From an uncultured Acidobacteriota bacterium (GTDB lineage: Bacteria; Acidobacteriota; Vicinamibacteria; Vicinamibacterales; 2-12-FULL-66-21), in contig CAVVSR010000004.1 in NCBI GenBank assembly GCA_963750935.1, positions 148,902-212,901 of the forward strand: a stretch of 64,000 bases of DNA, read 5' to 3'. Below, in pieces: positions 39,570 to 54,300 of this stretch; the first letter of the stretch is position 1; each line of letters begins with the position of its first letter. Below the pieces are notes generated by a model. The model was not told the origin of the DNA. It saw only the letters and a list, made by a program, of their open reading frames with translations, and did no database searches. Made by a program: the position numbers and the translations under genes.

Positions 39570-40088
39570 CAGGGGCTCTCTACGGCACAGACTGCGAGGC
39601 TCGCGCGGATCCGGGATGCAGCCGGACGCGTGGCGAACAGCTACGGGCTGGAGATTTTCGACGTCCAGCTCCGTCGCGAATCGATCGGCACGGTGCTGCG
39701 GGTCGTCATCGATCGACCCGATCGCGGTGTGCCGGAGAAGCCTGAGGACGCGGTCGGGATCGAAGAGTGCCAGCGCGTCAGCCACGACCTGAGCGCGCTG
39801 CTCGACGTCGAAGAGGACGAGATCGGCGAGGGAGCGCTCGAGAAGAACTACACGCTCGAAGTGTCGTCGCCGGGGCTGGATCGGCCGCTCCGTCACGAAG
39901 CGGACTACCGGCGCTTCGTCGGACGGCTGGCGAAGCTGGTGACGACCGAACCGATGAACGGGCAGTCGGCGTTCGCAGGGAGGCTGGCCGGCGTGGACGA
40001 TGGCCAGGTCCTGCTCGAGGAGGGTCGGAAGATGCACCGCGTGCCGCTCGCACGGATCAAGCGGGGGCAGCTGGCAGTCGAATTCTGA
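39543..40088 (+). CDS. rimP: Ribosome maturation factor RimP (start uncertain)
   Basis: LEVSSPGLDRPL signature. GTG 39543 has GAGGA 8 nt upstream but lies inside the hairpin above. The next canonical in-frame start (GTG at about 39629) would remove the conserved N-terminal helix. Confidence 0.8.
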   Translation: MGPCPLFVFQGLSTAQTARLARIRDAAGRVANSYGLEIFDVQLRRESIGTVLRVVIDRPDRGVPEKPEDAVGIEECQRVSHDLSALLDVEEDEIGEGALEKNYTLEVSSPGLDRPLRHEADYRRFVGRLAKLVTTEPMNGQSAFAGRLAGVDDGQVLLEEGRKMHRVPLARIKRGQLAVEF

Positions 40089-40190
40089 GGACGTTCACGA
40101 CCGCGCCGGTCCGCCGATCGATCGGCTGAGCGCGGCACCCGACGCCAGAGGTCGGAAAGCGAAATCGGTAGCTCGGAAGCAGAAAAGTTT

Positions 40191-41521
<1,331 letters not shown>

Positions 41522-41530
41522 CGAAAACGA

Positions 41531-44380
41531 ATGGCAACAGTCCGGATATACAAGGTCGCGGAACTTCTCAACACCTCGAGCCAGGAAGTGATCGCGCTGC
41601 TCAAGCGCGACCACGGGATCGAGGTCAAGAGCGCGTCGAGCACCATCGAGGAGGTCGTCGCCCGGCAGTTCGTCGAGCGTCTGGCCCGACAGCGGAATAT
41701 CAGCATTCCGTCCAACGCCTCGTTCGCCGACACGCCGGTCGCGACTCGTGGAAAGAAGCCGCCGACGAAGGCGGCCGAGCCGGTGAAGACCGCGCCGTCG
41801 TTGCCGCCGCCGCGCCTGGTGAAGACCGCCAAGCCGGCGACGCCAGCCGTGTCCGCGGAGGCTGCCGGCGCGCCGGTCGAGGCCGAGCCGCTCGTCATGC
41901 CGCCGCCGGCGTCGCCGGTGCCATTCATTCCCGAGCCGGTGCCCCGTCGCCCGCGCACACGCCCCGCGCCGGAGCCGGTCACCCGCATCGAGGAGCCGGC
42001 GCCAGTCGCCGAGCCGGAAACCGAGGTCCTTATTCCGTCGCCCGTTGAAGAGAAGCCCGCCGCCGCGCCCGTTGCGCCGATCGCGGAAGTCGAGGAACCT
42101 GCCGCACCCGCCGCGGCCGCGCCCGTCGAGACACCAATGATTCCGCCGCCGCCGACTGCGCCGCCCCGACTCGTGGTGCCGCCGGCGACGGGACGTATCG
42201 TGCCGCCCACGCTGCGGCTGCGCGTCGAAGATCCGAAGACCGGGCAGGCGCCGCCCGCACCGCCGCGCCGCCCGATGCTGGTGCGTCCGCCGGCGCCACC
42301 GCCACCGGCCGCGGCCACTGGCAATCTGAGCAAGACCGCACCGGGCCGGCCCGCCGCGGGCGGTCCCGGAGGCCCCGGCGTCGCGACGCGTCCGCCGATG
42401 CAGCGACCGCCATCCGGGCTGCCGCCGCGGCCGCCAATGGGTGGACCGCGTCCGCTGCCGTCGCAACCGGTTCGTCCGCAAACACCGCAGCGGCCGGGAG
42501 CGCCGGGCTATCGTCCGCCGCCGCCGCGTCCGTCCGCACCCCGGTCTGGCGGCGCACGCCGCGATCAGGGTCCGCGGCCCATGGCACCGTCTGCCCCGTC
42601 GGCGCCGCCACCAGTCACTCGCACGATTACGCTCGCCGAAGGTATGACCGTCGCAGACCTCGCCACCAAGCTGGACGTCAAGGCGAAGGACGTCCTCAAG
42701 AAGTTGATGGAGCGTCGCATGATGATGACCATCAACAGCACGCTCGACGACGAGACCGCCGCGATGATCGCGCGCGACTTCGGCGCCGACGTCAAGATGC
42801 AGACCTTCGAAGAGGAGCTGCTGCAGGTCGAGTCCGAGGACGTCAATCCCGAGGACAAGGTCACGCGCGCGCCGGTCGTCACCGTCATGGGTCACGTCGA
42901 CCACGGCAAGACGACGCTGCTCGACGCGATCCGGTCGGCCCGGGTCGCCGAGCGCGAGGCCGGCGGCATCACGCAGCACATCGGCGCCTACGCCGTCCAG
43001 GTCAACGATCGCAACGTCGTGTTCCTCGACACACCGGGTCACGAAGCGTTCACGATGATGCGCGCGCGCGGCGCGCGGGTCACCGACGTGGTCGTCCTGG
43101 TCGTCGCCGCGGACGACGGCGTCATGCCGCAGACCCGCGAAGCGATCGACCACGCCAAGGCCGCGGGCGTGCCGATCCTGGTCGCCATCAACAAGATCGA
43201 CAAGCCGGAGTCGAACCCGGATCGCGTCAAGAAGGAGCTGGCGGATCTCGGCCTGACGCCGGAGCAATGGGGTGGTTCGACCGTCATGGTCGAAGTCTCG
43301 GCCAAGAAGAAGCAGAACCTCGAGCTGCTGCTCGAGATGGTGCTGCTCGTCACCGAGCTGAGCGAGCTCAAGGCCAACCCGAAACGCAACGCCTCGGGCA
43401 CCGTGCTCGAAGCCAAACTGGACAAGGGGCGCGGCCCGGTCGCGACCATCCTGGTCCAGGACGGCACGCTCCGCGTCGGCGACACCCTCATCGCCGGCAC
43501 CATCGTCGGCAAGGTCCGCGCGCTGATCGACGACCGCGGCCGGCAGTTGAAGAGCGCCGGCCCCGCGACGCCGGTGGAGGTGCTGGGGCTCGGCGGGCTC
43601 CCCTCGCCCGGCGACGCCTTCCAGGCGCTCACCGACGCGGCCAAGGCGCGGCAGATCGCCACCTTCCGGCAGATGCAGGCCAAGGAGAAGGCGCTCGGCG
43701 GCAAGGGCGCGCGGCTCACGCTCGAGTCGCTGCAGGCGGCGATCGCCGAAGGCGGCGTCAAGGAGCTGCCGATCATCGTCAAGGCCGACGTCCAGGGTTC
43801 GGCGGAAGTGCTCGGCGATACCCTGACCAAGCTCACCGACGAGAAGGTCAAGGTCCGCATCATCCACAGCGGCGTCGGCGCGATCAACGAGTCGGACGTG
43901 CTGCTGGCCTCGGCGTCGAACGCGATCATCATCGGCTTCAACGTGCGGCCGGACCGCAACGCCTCCGATGTCGCCGACCGCGAGAGCGTCGACATCCGCC
44001 TGCACTCGGTCATCTACAACGTCGTCGACGAGATGAAGAAGGCGATGACCGGGCTGCTCGAACCGACGTTCAAGGACGTCCGGATCGGGTCGGCCGTGGT
44101 GCGCGAGACGTTCAAGGTGCCGAAGTTCGGCACCATCGCCGGGTGCATGGTCAGCGACGGCCGCATCACCCGCTCGGGCGACACCCAGGCGCGCCTGATT
44201 CGCGACAACGTGGTCGTCTTCGAGGGCAAGATCGGCTCGCTGCGGCGGTTCAAGGACGACGTCTCCGAGGTCAAGGCCGGCTTCGAATGCGGCATCGGCT
44301 TCGAGCGCTTCAACGACATCAAGGTCGGTGACGTCATCGAAGCCTTCGTTGTCGAAAAGGTGGCGGCCCAGGTGGGCTAG
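41531..44380 (+). CDS. infB: Translation initiation factor IF-2
   Basis: 949 aa and intact. [25 protein letters not shown]. Long Pro-rich N-terminal region. Confidence 0.97.
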   Translation: MATVRIYKVAELLNTSSQEVIALLKRDHGIEVKSASSTIEEVVARQFVERLARQRNISIPSNASFADTPVATRGKKPPTKAAEPVKTAPSLPPPRLVKTAKPATPAVSAEAAGAPVEAEPLVMPPPASPVPFIPEPVPRRPRTRPAPEPVTRIEEPAPVAEPETEVLIPSPVEEKPAAAPVAPIAEVEEPAAPAAAAPVETPMIPPPPTAPPRLVVPPATGRIVPPTLRLRVEDPKTGQAPPAPPRRPMLVRPPAPPPPAAATGNLSKTAPGRPAAGGPGGPGVATRPPMQRPPSGLPPRPPMGGPRPLPSQPVRPQTPQRPGAPGYRPPPPRPSAPRSGGARRDQGPRPMAPSAPSAPPPVTRTITLAEGMTVADLATKLDVKAKDVLKKLMERRMMMTINSTLDDETAAMIARDFGADVKMQTFEEELLQVESEDVNPEDKVTRAPVVTVMGHVDHGKTTLLDAIRSARVAEREAGGITQHIGAYAVQVNDRNVVFLDTPGHEAFTMMRARGARVTDVVVLVVAADDGVMPQTREAIDHAKAAGVPILVAINKIDKPESNPDRVKKELADLGLTPEQWGGSTVMVEVSAKKKQNLELLLEMVLLVTELSELKANPKRNASGTVLEAKLDKGRGPVATILVQDGTLRVGDTLIAGTIVGKVRALIDDRGRQLKSAGPATPVEVLGLGGLPSPGDAFQALTDAAKARQIATFRQMQAKEKALGGKGARLTLESLQAAIAEGGVKELPIIVKADVQGSAEVLGDTLTKLTDEKVKVRIIHSGVGAINESDVLLASASNAIIIGFNVRPDRNASDVADRESVDIRLHSVIYNVVDEMKKAMTGLLEPTFKDVRIGSAVVRETFKVPKFGTIAGCMVSDGRITRSGDTQARLIRDNVVVFEGKIGSLRRFKDDVSEVKAGFECGIGFERFNDIKVGDVIEAFVVEKVAAQVG

Positions 44381-44398
44381 CCGGGACGAACGACGGCC

Positions 44399-44851
44399 AT
44401 GTCGTCAGTTTCTCGTCCCAGCCGGATCGGCGATCAGCTCCGCGCGGAGCTGTCGGAGCTGATCGCCCGCGAAGTCCACGACCCGGGCATCGGCTTCCTC
44501 ACCATCACGCACGTCAAGGTCACACCGGACCTGCAGATCGCGCGCGTGTACTACACGACGCTCGGCGACGAGAAGGCCCGGCGCGAGTCGGCGCGCGCGC
44601 TCGGCCGGGCGACGCCGTTCCTGCGCCGCCAGATCGGCAGCCGGCTGCGCCTCAAGCGGGTCCCCCTGCTCGAGTTCTTCTTCGACGAGTCCATCGAGCG
44701 GGGCGACCGCATCGAGCAGATCCTCCACGAGATCAGCGCTGGCCGCCAGCCGGCCGAGGACGGCGGAGACGCGGCCGGGAGCGCCCCCTCCACGCCGGCC
44801 GAGGACGACGCCGACGAACGCCGCGACACCGACGACCCCAAGCACAAATGA
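44399..44851 (+). CDS. rbfA: Ribosome-binding factor A
   Basis: 150 aa. Typical RbfA N-terminus ([31 protein letters not shown]) plus an acidic tail. Confidence 0.92.
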   Translation: MSSVSRPSRIGDQLRAELSELIAREVHDPGIGFLTITHVKVTPDLQIARVYYTTLGDEKARRESARALGRATPFLRRQIGSRLRLKRVPLLEFFFDESIERGDRIEQILHEISAGRQPAEDGGDAAGSAPSTPAEDDADERRDTDDPKHK

Positions 44852-45888
44852 GCGAATCCGCGCCCCTTTCCTCCGCTGTGGCCGCGCCGCAGCCTTCGTC
44901 GGCTCGTCTGATCGCGGAAATCGGCCGCGAGATTCACGCCCGGCACCGGTTCCTGCTGACCTCGCACGCCCGCCCCGACGGCGACTCGCTCGGGTCGCAG
45001 CTGGCGATGGCCTTCGCCCTCGACGCGCTCGGCAAGGAGGTGCGGATCATCAACGCCGACTCCGCCCCCGAGCACTACTTCGAGTTCCCCGGCATGGATC
45101 GCATCGAGATCGCGGCGGAAGTGCCGGCCGACGCCGATGCCGACACCGTGATCGTGATGGAGTGCGGCGACCTGACGCGGACCGGCGTGCGCGGGTTCGA
45201 GGGCCGCTTCATCATCAACATCGATCACCACGTCGGCAACCGGATGTACGGCGCGATCAACTGGTTCGACGAGTCCGCCGCCGCCTGCGGCGAGATGGTG
45301 TTCGACGTGATCCGCGAGCTCGGCGTGCCGATGACCGCCGAGATCGCGACCCACATCTACCTGGCGATCCTGACCGACACCGGCGCGTTCCATCACTCGA
45401 ACATCACGCCGCGGACGTTCGAAATCTGCCGGCAGACGGTGGAAGCCGGCGTCAATCCCGCCGCGATGGCGCGACGGGTGTTCGACAGCAACAGCTTCGG
45501 CAAGCTCAAGCTGATCGGGGCGCTCCTCGATCGGATGGAGCTGCTGGACGGCGGCCGCCTCGCGGTCCTCTACCTGGACGACGCGATGCTCGAAGCGTCC
45601 GGCTCAACCCATAACGACACCGAGGGGCTGATCAACCTGCCGCTGACCGCGCGCGAGATCCAGGCGGTGGTGTTCTTCAAGGTCGCCGACGACGGGGCGG
45701 TGCGCGTCAGCATGCGATCGAAGTACGACGTCGACGTCCGGCTGGTCGCCAACGCGTTCGGCGGCGGCGGCCACAAGAACGCGTCCGGCTTCACGGTCGG
45801 CGGGCCGCTGGCGTCGGTGCGCGGCGACATCCTGAACCGGCTGGTCGCGGCGATCGCGAACGGCCTCGAGTCACGGCCACCAGCATGA
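44848..45888 (+). CDS. nrnA: DHH/DHHA1 phosphoesterase, NrnA-type oligoribonuclease/pAp phosphatase
   Basis: ATGA overlap with rbfA. HARPDGDSLGS, INIDHH, LTDTGAF, GGGGHKNASG. Confidence 0.85.
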   Translation: MSESAPLSSAVAAPQPSSARLIAEIGREIHARHRFLLTSHARPDGDSLGSQLAMAFALDALGKEVRIINADSAPEHYFEFPGMDRIEIAAEVPADADADTVIVMECGDLTRTGVRGFEGRFIINIDHHVGNRMYGAINWFDESAAACGEMVFDVIRELGVPMTAEIATHIYLAILTDTGAFHHSNITPRTFEICRQTVEAGVNPAAMARRVFDSNSFGKLKLIGALLDRMELLDGGRLAVLYLDDAMLEASGSTHNDTEGLINLPLTAREIQAVVFFKVADDGAVRVSMRSKYDVDVRLVANAFGGGGHKNASGFTVGGPLASVRGDILNRLVAAIANGLESRPPA

Positions 45889-46817
45889 ACGGCGCCTTGG
45901 TCGTCGACAAGCCGGCCGGGCCCACATCACACGACGTCGTCGCGCGAGTCAGGCGCGCCATCGGCATTCCCCGAATCGGCCACACCGGGACGCTCGACCC
46001 GCTCGCCACCGGCGTGCTGCCGCTGGTGGTCGGCCGGGCGACGCGCCTGGCGCAGTTCCTCACCAGCGACGAGAAGGAATACATCGCCGCGGTGCGGCTC
46101 GGCTCGGCCACAGCCACCTACGACGCCGAAGAGCGGGTCATCCACGACGACGACGGCCAGCCGGTGGGGTTGCGGCCCGCCCCGGGAGAAGCCGCGATCC
46201 CCGAGGAGATGCTGGTGGGCGCGCTGCGCGAGTTCACCGGCACCTACTGGCAGGTACCGCCGCCCTTCTCGGCCAAGAAGATCGGCGGCACGCCTGCGTA
46301 TGTCCTGGCCCGGCTGCGCAAGGACGTCGAGATCAAGCCGGTGCAGGTGACGGTGCGCGAGCTGGAGCTGCTGAAGTACGAAGGCGGCCTGGTGACGCTT
46401 CGCGTCGCCTGTTCGAGCGGCTACTACGTGCGGTCGCTGGCGCACGATCTGGGGCAGCACCTCGGTTGTGGAGGCCACCTCGAAACGCTGCGGCGCATCA
46501 GGGCCGGCGAGTTCACCGCGGATCAGGGCGTGGCGCTCGAGATCATCGAGCGCGAGGGACCGGATGCGGTCGTCAGGCTCCGGCCGATGACCGAACTGCT
46601 CTCGCGGCTGCCGCACGTGGTCGTGAACGCCCGTGGCGCGCGGCGGGCCGCACACGGGAACGCGCTCGCGGTCGAGGACCTGTGGGAGGCCGAACGGACC
46701 GTTCCAGCCTCCGCCGGACCCGGGCCGGTGCGGGTGCTGGACGCCGATGGCGCGCTGCTGGCGATCGGGGAACCGGCGGCCGGCGGGCTTTTGCAACCCA
46801 TTGTTGTCCTGGTGTAA
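45885..46817 (+). CDS. truB: tRNA pseudouridine(55) synthase
   Basis: ATGA overlap with nrnA. GHTGTLDPLATGVLP, and a PUA-like C-terminus. Confidence 0.93.
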   Translation: MNGALVVDKPAGPTSHDVVARVRRAIGIPRIGHTGTLDPLATGVLPLVVGRATRLAQFLTSDEKEYIAAVRLGSATATYDAEERVIHDDDGQPVGLRPAPGEAAIPEEMLVGALREFTGTYWQVPPPFSAKKIGGTPAYVLARLRKDVEIKPVQVTVRELELLKYEGGLVTLRVACSSGYYVRSLAHDLGQHLGCGGHLETLRRIRAGEFTADQGVALEIIEREGPDAVVRLRPMTELLSRLPHVVVNARGARRAAHGNALAVEDLWEAERTVPASAGPGPVRVLDADGALLAIGEPAAGGLLQPIVVLV

Positions 46818-46942
46818 AATATTGAGTCTGTTGGGATTGCGTTTACTCCAACAGTAGTTCACCCGTTAGCAACGGCGGCCTGGTGGGCACCTGTTCTCAG
46901 GTGTCAGAGCACGATGTCTGGGCCGTTCGTGGAGGAAAGCCT

Positions 46943-47212
46943 GTGGCGCTTACCAGAGACCGCAAGACCGACATTATTGGCAACTACCGAACCCACGGCG
47001 ACGACACCGGATCCCCGGAAGTGCAGGTGGCGCTCCTGAGCGAGCGCATCAGTTACCTCACCGAACACTTCAAGACCCACGCAAAAGATCACCACTCCCG
47101 ACGCGGCCTGCTGAAGCTGGTCGGCCAGCGGCGTCGCCTGCTCGACTACCTGAAGGGCAAGGACACAGACCGGTACGCCGAGCTGATCCGCCGCCTCGGC
47201 ATTCGGAAGTAA
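46943..47212 (+). CDS. rpsO: 30S ribosomal protein S15
   Basis: Within track ORF 46883..47212. GTG 46943 is preceded by [54 protein letters not shown]. Confidence 0.95.
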   Translation: MALTRDRKTDIIGNYRTHGDDTGSPEVQVALLSERISYLTEHFKTHAKDHHSRRGLLKLVGQRRRLLDYLKGKDTDRYAELIRRLGIRK

Positions 47213-47222
47213 CAGCTCCGTT

Positions 47223-47254
47223 CCGCCGGATTCGGCCCACTGCTGATCCGGCGG
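47223..47254 (+). terminator. 9-bp GC-rich hairpin CCGCCGGAT-N14-ATCCGGCGG between rpsO and pnp (terminator/processing site; no U-tract)
   Basis: Read directly, 11 nt after the rpsO stop. Its position matches the known rpsO-pnp intergenic hairpin of other bacteria. Confidence 0.45.
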
Positions 47255-47307
47255 GACCACGCACGCACCCAGGAAGCTGGCGCAGCTTACAGACGGAACA
47301 CATACAC

Positions 47308-49626
<2,319 letters not shown>

Positions 49627-49764
49627 CCGCCCTCGGCCTACGGGCGTATGGTTCAGCTGGCGCCAACTAAAACCGCCGGGGCGCCGTCCAAAGAAGTGAA
49701 GACCGGGCCTGTGCCAGATCGAACTCTGGCGCAGGCTCATCCGTCAATCACTGGGAGAACCGAT

Positions 49765-50112
49765 ATGAACCGACCGCTCGCCTGTCTCGCTTTCGCAGCG
49801 GTGTCGTTCGTTGGCCTCTCAGCCCGCGAGCAGGGTCAGGTCCGCGAATTCTCCGTCACCGGCCGCGACCACGCCTTCTCGCCCGCGGTCATCGCCGTGC
49901 AGAAGGACGATCTCGTGAAGATCACCTTCACCGCCGCCGACATGCCCCACAGCTTCACCAACGAGAAATACCGGATCTCGAAGCGCGCTGGCGCGGGCCA
50001 GACCGTCACGTTCGAGTTCCGCGCCGACCAGACCGGCGAAACCGAGTTCTACTGCAACCTCTCCGCTGACGATCGCTGCCGCAACATGAAGGGCCGCCTG
50101 GTCGTTAAGTAG
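49765..50112 (+). CDS. Small exported cupredoxin-like protein
   Basis: Within track ORF 49648..50112. ATG 49765 is preceded by GGGAGA. Signal peptide present. DMPHSF...FYCNL...CRNMKGRLVV resembles a plastocyanin-type C-terminal ligand region but is incomplete. Confidence 0.65.
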   Translation: MNRPLACLAFAAVSFVGLSAREQGQVREFSVTGRDHAFSPAVIAVQKDDLVKITFTAADMPHSFTNEKYRISKRAGAGQTVTFEFRADQTGETEFYCNLSADDRCRNMKGRLVVK

Positions 50113-50138
50113 GAGTCCCTGATCAGACGCCGGCCGGT

Positions 50139-51296
50139 TCAGCCGACGACCGTCGTTCTTGCGGCTGAACTGGGGCCGGGAGCTGCGCGCGCTGCCTGGG
50201 CCGCCGCCAGCTGTCGTGCCTCGCTGAATCGGCGCGCCTGCCCGATTCGCGCGTCGACGGTCGGGTGGGTGTTCAGCAGCCAGCGCGCGACGCGCGGCGG
50301 GTGCTCCTCGGCCAGGTTCTGCGCCGCCATCCTCCGGATCACGGCGATGAACGCCTCCGGCCGCTCGGTCAGGTCGAGCGCGACCCGATCGGCACGACGC
50401 TCGTTGCGTCGCGACCAGGCGTTCAGCAGCGGCGTGGCGGCCAGCGATACCGCGCCCGCCGTCATCAGCAGGAGCGGCAGCCCGGCCGGGTCCGTGGCCG
50501 ACGTCAGCTGCACCCGCGCCCACAACACCCGCAACGCCATCGCTGCCGCCGCGAGGCTGCCGAGCATCACGACGGATTCGACCAGCAGGCCCTTCAACAC
50601 GTCGCGATGCCGGTGATGACCGAGCTCGTGAGCCAGCACCACTTCGATCTCGTCCTCGGAGTATTCCGCGAGCAGCGAGTCCGACAGCAGGATCCGGCGG
50701 GTGATTCCGGCGCCCACCAGCGCCGCGTTCGCCCGGCGCGATTTCGCGCCCAGCCCGATCTCGTGGACGGTCAGCACGCGAACACCGGCGCGTGCCGAGA
50801 GATCGAGCAGCCGGCGGTGCAGCGACGGGCGATCGAGCGGCCTGGTCTGATAGAACAGCGGCAGCAGGACCACCGGCGCCAGCGCGGTGAGCGCCGCCAG
50901 CAGCGTGGCACCGCCGGCGGCCGCGATCGCCCACCACCACACCGGCGACAGGCGCATCGCCAGGTAGACGCCCTCGGCCGCGATCGCCGCGACGACGGCG
51001 CCCAGCAGCCAGGCCTTCAGATAGTCGCGAAGCCAGGCGGCCGCGGTGCTGCTCGAGAGCGCGTACTCACGCTCGAGATGAAAGGCGCGGTACCACGTCG
51101 CCGGCAGGACGGCGAGCCCCTGCGCCGCGGCCAGCAGCAGCATCCACGCGGCCGGCGAGTCGCCGGCAAGGTCGCGCAGCCGCGGCTGGAACGGCGGCAG
51201 CAGGAACAGCGCGAGCGGCAGGGCCGCCGCGATGACGGCCGTCGCACCCGCGCGTCGCTTCGAGCGGTGATACCTGGAGGATCGTGATTCGTTCAC
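50139..51296 (-). CDS. M48 family (Ste24/HtpX-like) membrane metalloprotease
   Basis: 385 aa. TM helices, then the HELGHHRHRD zinc motif. It starts 21 nt downstream of the smc stop on the same strand. Confidence 0.85.
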   Translation of the reverse strand: MNESRSSRYHRSKRRAGATAVIAAALPLALFLLPPFQPRLRDLAGDSPAAWMLLLAAAQGLAVLPATWYRAFHLEREYALSSSTAAAWLRDYLKAWLLGAVVAAIAAEGVYLAMRLSPVWWWAIAAAGGATLLAALTALAPVVLLPLFYQTRPLDRPSLHRRLLDLSARAGVRVLTVHEIGLGAKSRRANAALVGAGITRRILLSDSLLAEYSEDEIEVVLAHELGHHRHRDVLKGLLVESVVMLGSLAAAAMALRVLWARVQLTSATDPAGLPLLLMTAGAVSLAATPLLNAWSRRNERRADRVALDLTERPEAFIAVIRRMAAQNLAEEHPPRVARWLLNTHPTVDARIGQARRFSEARQLAAAQAARAAPGPSSAARTTVVG

Positions 51297-51317
51297 GACG
51301 ATCGGCGCCCCGCCGAA

Positions 51318-54300
51318 TCAGTTCAGCTGCACCGAGATCAGCTTCGAGACGCCGGGCTCCTCCATCGTGACACCGTAAAGCCGATCGGCGATCTCCATCG
51401 TCTTGCGGTTGTGCGTGATCAGGATGAACTGGGTATGGTCCTGCATCCCCTGGAGCATCTCGACGAACCGCCCGATGTTGGCGTCGTCGAGCGGCGCGTC
51501 GATTTCGTCGAGCAGGCAGAACGGGCTCGGCCGGTACTGGAAGATCGCGAACATCAGCGCCATCGCGGTCAGCGCCTTTTCGCCGCCTGAGAGCAGCTGC
51601 ACGCTCTGCAGGCGCTTGCCCGGCGGCTGCGCGATGATGTCGATGCCGCTCTCGAGCGCGTCGGTCTCGTCGAGCATCACCAGGCCGGCGCGGCCGCCGC
51701 CGAACAGCGTCGTGAAGGTGCGCTCGAAGTTGCGATTGATCACGGTGAAGGCCTCGCTGAAGCGCTCCCGCGTGGTCTTGTCGATCTTCTTGATGGCCTC
51801 GCTGGTGGCGGCGATCGAGTCGGTCAGATCCTTGCGCTGGGTGGTCAGGAAGGTGTGGCGCGACTCGAGATCGTCGAACTGGTCGATCGCCATCATGTTG
51901 ACCGGGCCCATCCGATCGATCTTCATGCGCAGGTCGGCGACCATCTCGTCGGCGGTCATCGCGGGCTTCGCCGCGGACGCCTCGGTCGCGGGCGGTGGCG
52001 CATCCGCGCCGTCGCCGGCCGCCGCCATTTCCCCGTCACCGTCGGACTCCGACGGATCCGGCGCGTCGTCCACCGGCCTTGGGCTGGCCAGCTGTCCGTC
52101 GCGTTCGAGCTGCTCGACCTCGGCGGCCACCTCGTCCAGCGTCGCCTGCACGGTCTCGACGCAATCAGCCGCCAGGTGCGTCAGGTCCGCCTCCGCGGTC
52201 GCCCGCGCCACGTCGAGCTGCGCGGCTTCGGCGCGCACCGACTCGAGGCCGCGCCGTGCGTCCTTGATCCGGACGTCCTGCGCGTCGAAGTCGGCGCGGA
52301 GCGCCTGGCAGAGATCCTCCGCGGTGCGCACGTTCTGGCGAAGCTCGTCGAACTCGCGGAGCCCGGCCGAAAGGTCGGCCTCGGCGACCACGATCGCCTG
52401 CTGCAGCTGCTCGCGACGCGTCTCGGCCCGCTTCAGTTCGTCGCGCCGGCTGACCACCCGCGCCTCGAGCTCGCGTCCGGCATCCTCGAGCCGCTGCACG
52501 TCTCCGGCAAAGGCCGCCGCGCGCTCCATCAGCCCGGCGTGCGCCGCCTTCGCTTCCGCGGTCCGTCGCGCCTGCGCCTGGACGGCTTCGCGCGCCTCGA
52601 ACAAGCGGCGCTGCGCCTGGTTCAGGCGATCGTCCGCCGACTGCTGCTCGACGGCGATCCGCCCGATCGAAGTCTGGGCCTCCTCCTGACGGGCTTCCTG
52701 GGACCTGAGCTCCTCTTCGGCCGAGCGGCGTTCCACGCCGATCTGATCCTGCTTCTTCGCGACCCGGTCGGCCGCGTCCACCGCGCTCGCCACCTGCAGG
52801 TCGAAACCGACGACGGCTTTTTCCTGCCGGTGCAGTTCCGCCTGGAGCGAGGCGATCGCCGACTCGGCCTCGGCGACGGCCACGTCCAGCATGACGATCT
52901 CGTCGCGCAGCCGCTCCAGCACCGCCCGGTCGGCCTCGATGCCGTCGCGCAGCTCCTTGATCTCGCGCTTGGTCGCGAGGATGCCGCGCGACTCCGCGAC
53001 CGCGCCCCCCTGCACGACGTACGGTCCGCGGAGCACCTGTCCGTCGAGCGTGGCAATCGGTCCGCGAACGACCTCGGCCGCGGCCCGCGCCGCGTCGAAC
53101 GAGTCGGCGATCCAGGCGTCGCCGATCGCCGAGGCGATGGCGGCATCAGCCGGACCCGAGACGCGCACCACGCCGGACACGGGCACCAGACCCGCGTGCG
53201 ACCCCGGCTCGTTCACCGCCGGCTGCCCGGAGCCCGCGTTCGCGACCAGGAATCCGACCCGGCCGGCGCTGCGCTCGGCCGCGAACTGCAGCCCGGCGAG
53301 CGCCTGCTCGTGCGTCGGCACGACGACGTGCTGGAGCAGTTCGCCGAGACAGGCTTCGACGGCCCGTTCGTACTGTCCGTCAACGTCGAGATAGTCCGCG
53401 ACCGATCCCATCTGGCCGACGGTGCCGTTCGACTCCGCGAGGACCATGCGGGCGCCGTCGCCGTACTCGGCACGCGCCGCGGTGAGCTCCTCGAGCGATC
53501 GCAGGCGCGCCGTCAACGATGCGATCTGGTGATCGAGGGCGCGGAACTCCTGGGTGCGCGCTTCACGCGTGCTGCGCGCGCCCGCGAGCTCGGACTCCCG
53601 AGCCCCCCGCTCGACCCGCAGGCCATCCATCGTCTCGCGCGCGCGTTCGAGTCCTCCCTGCGCCGAAGCGCGGTCCTGCTCGACACGCTGCACCTCGACC
53701 CTGAGATCGTGGCCCTCGGCCTCGAGCTTCGCGATCTGCTCGCCGATGCGGGTGCGCGCCGCCGCGGCATGCTCGACCGCGTGACGCAGCGCGGTCGCCG
53801 CGTTCACTGCCGCGAACACCTCGCTGCGCGCGGCCTCGACGTCGGCCTCGAGCCCCTCGATCCGCGTCTGCACCTCCGAATACGTCTGCTCCTCGATCGC
53901 CAGGTCCGACGCCGCCTGATCGCGGTCCGCGACCGCACGCGCCGCCGCCGCGCGTCGTTCCTCGAGCTCGATCCGGGCCGGCTCACGACGCGCCTCGAGC
54001 GTGCCGATCTCCGACTCGATCTCTGCGGCCGTCGTGCCGAGCGACTCGACCTGCTGGCGATCGAACGCGATCTGCTGCTGAAGGCGGCCGATGGCCAGCT
54101 CGCGCGCGTGCGCCAGCTCCCGCGCTTCGGTCGCGTTGGCGTCCGCCGTCGTCAGATCGAGGCGCAGCGCCTCGAGCGCCGCTTCGACTTCGGCGAGATG
54201 CGCCGCCGCCACGGTTTCACGCTCGCGGGCCTGCGCCAGCCTGGACCGGGTGGACTCGATGGCCACGCCCAGCGTGCGGTAGCGCTGCGTGAACTGGACC

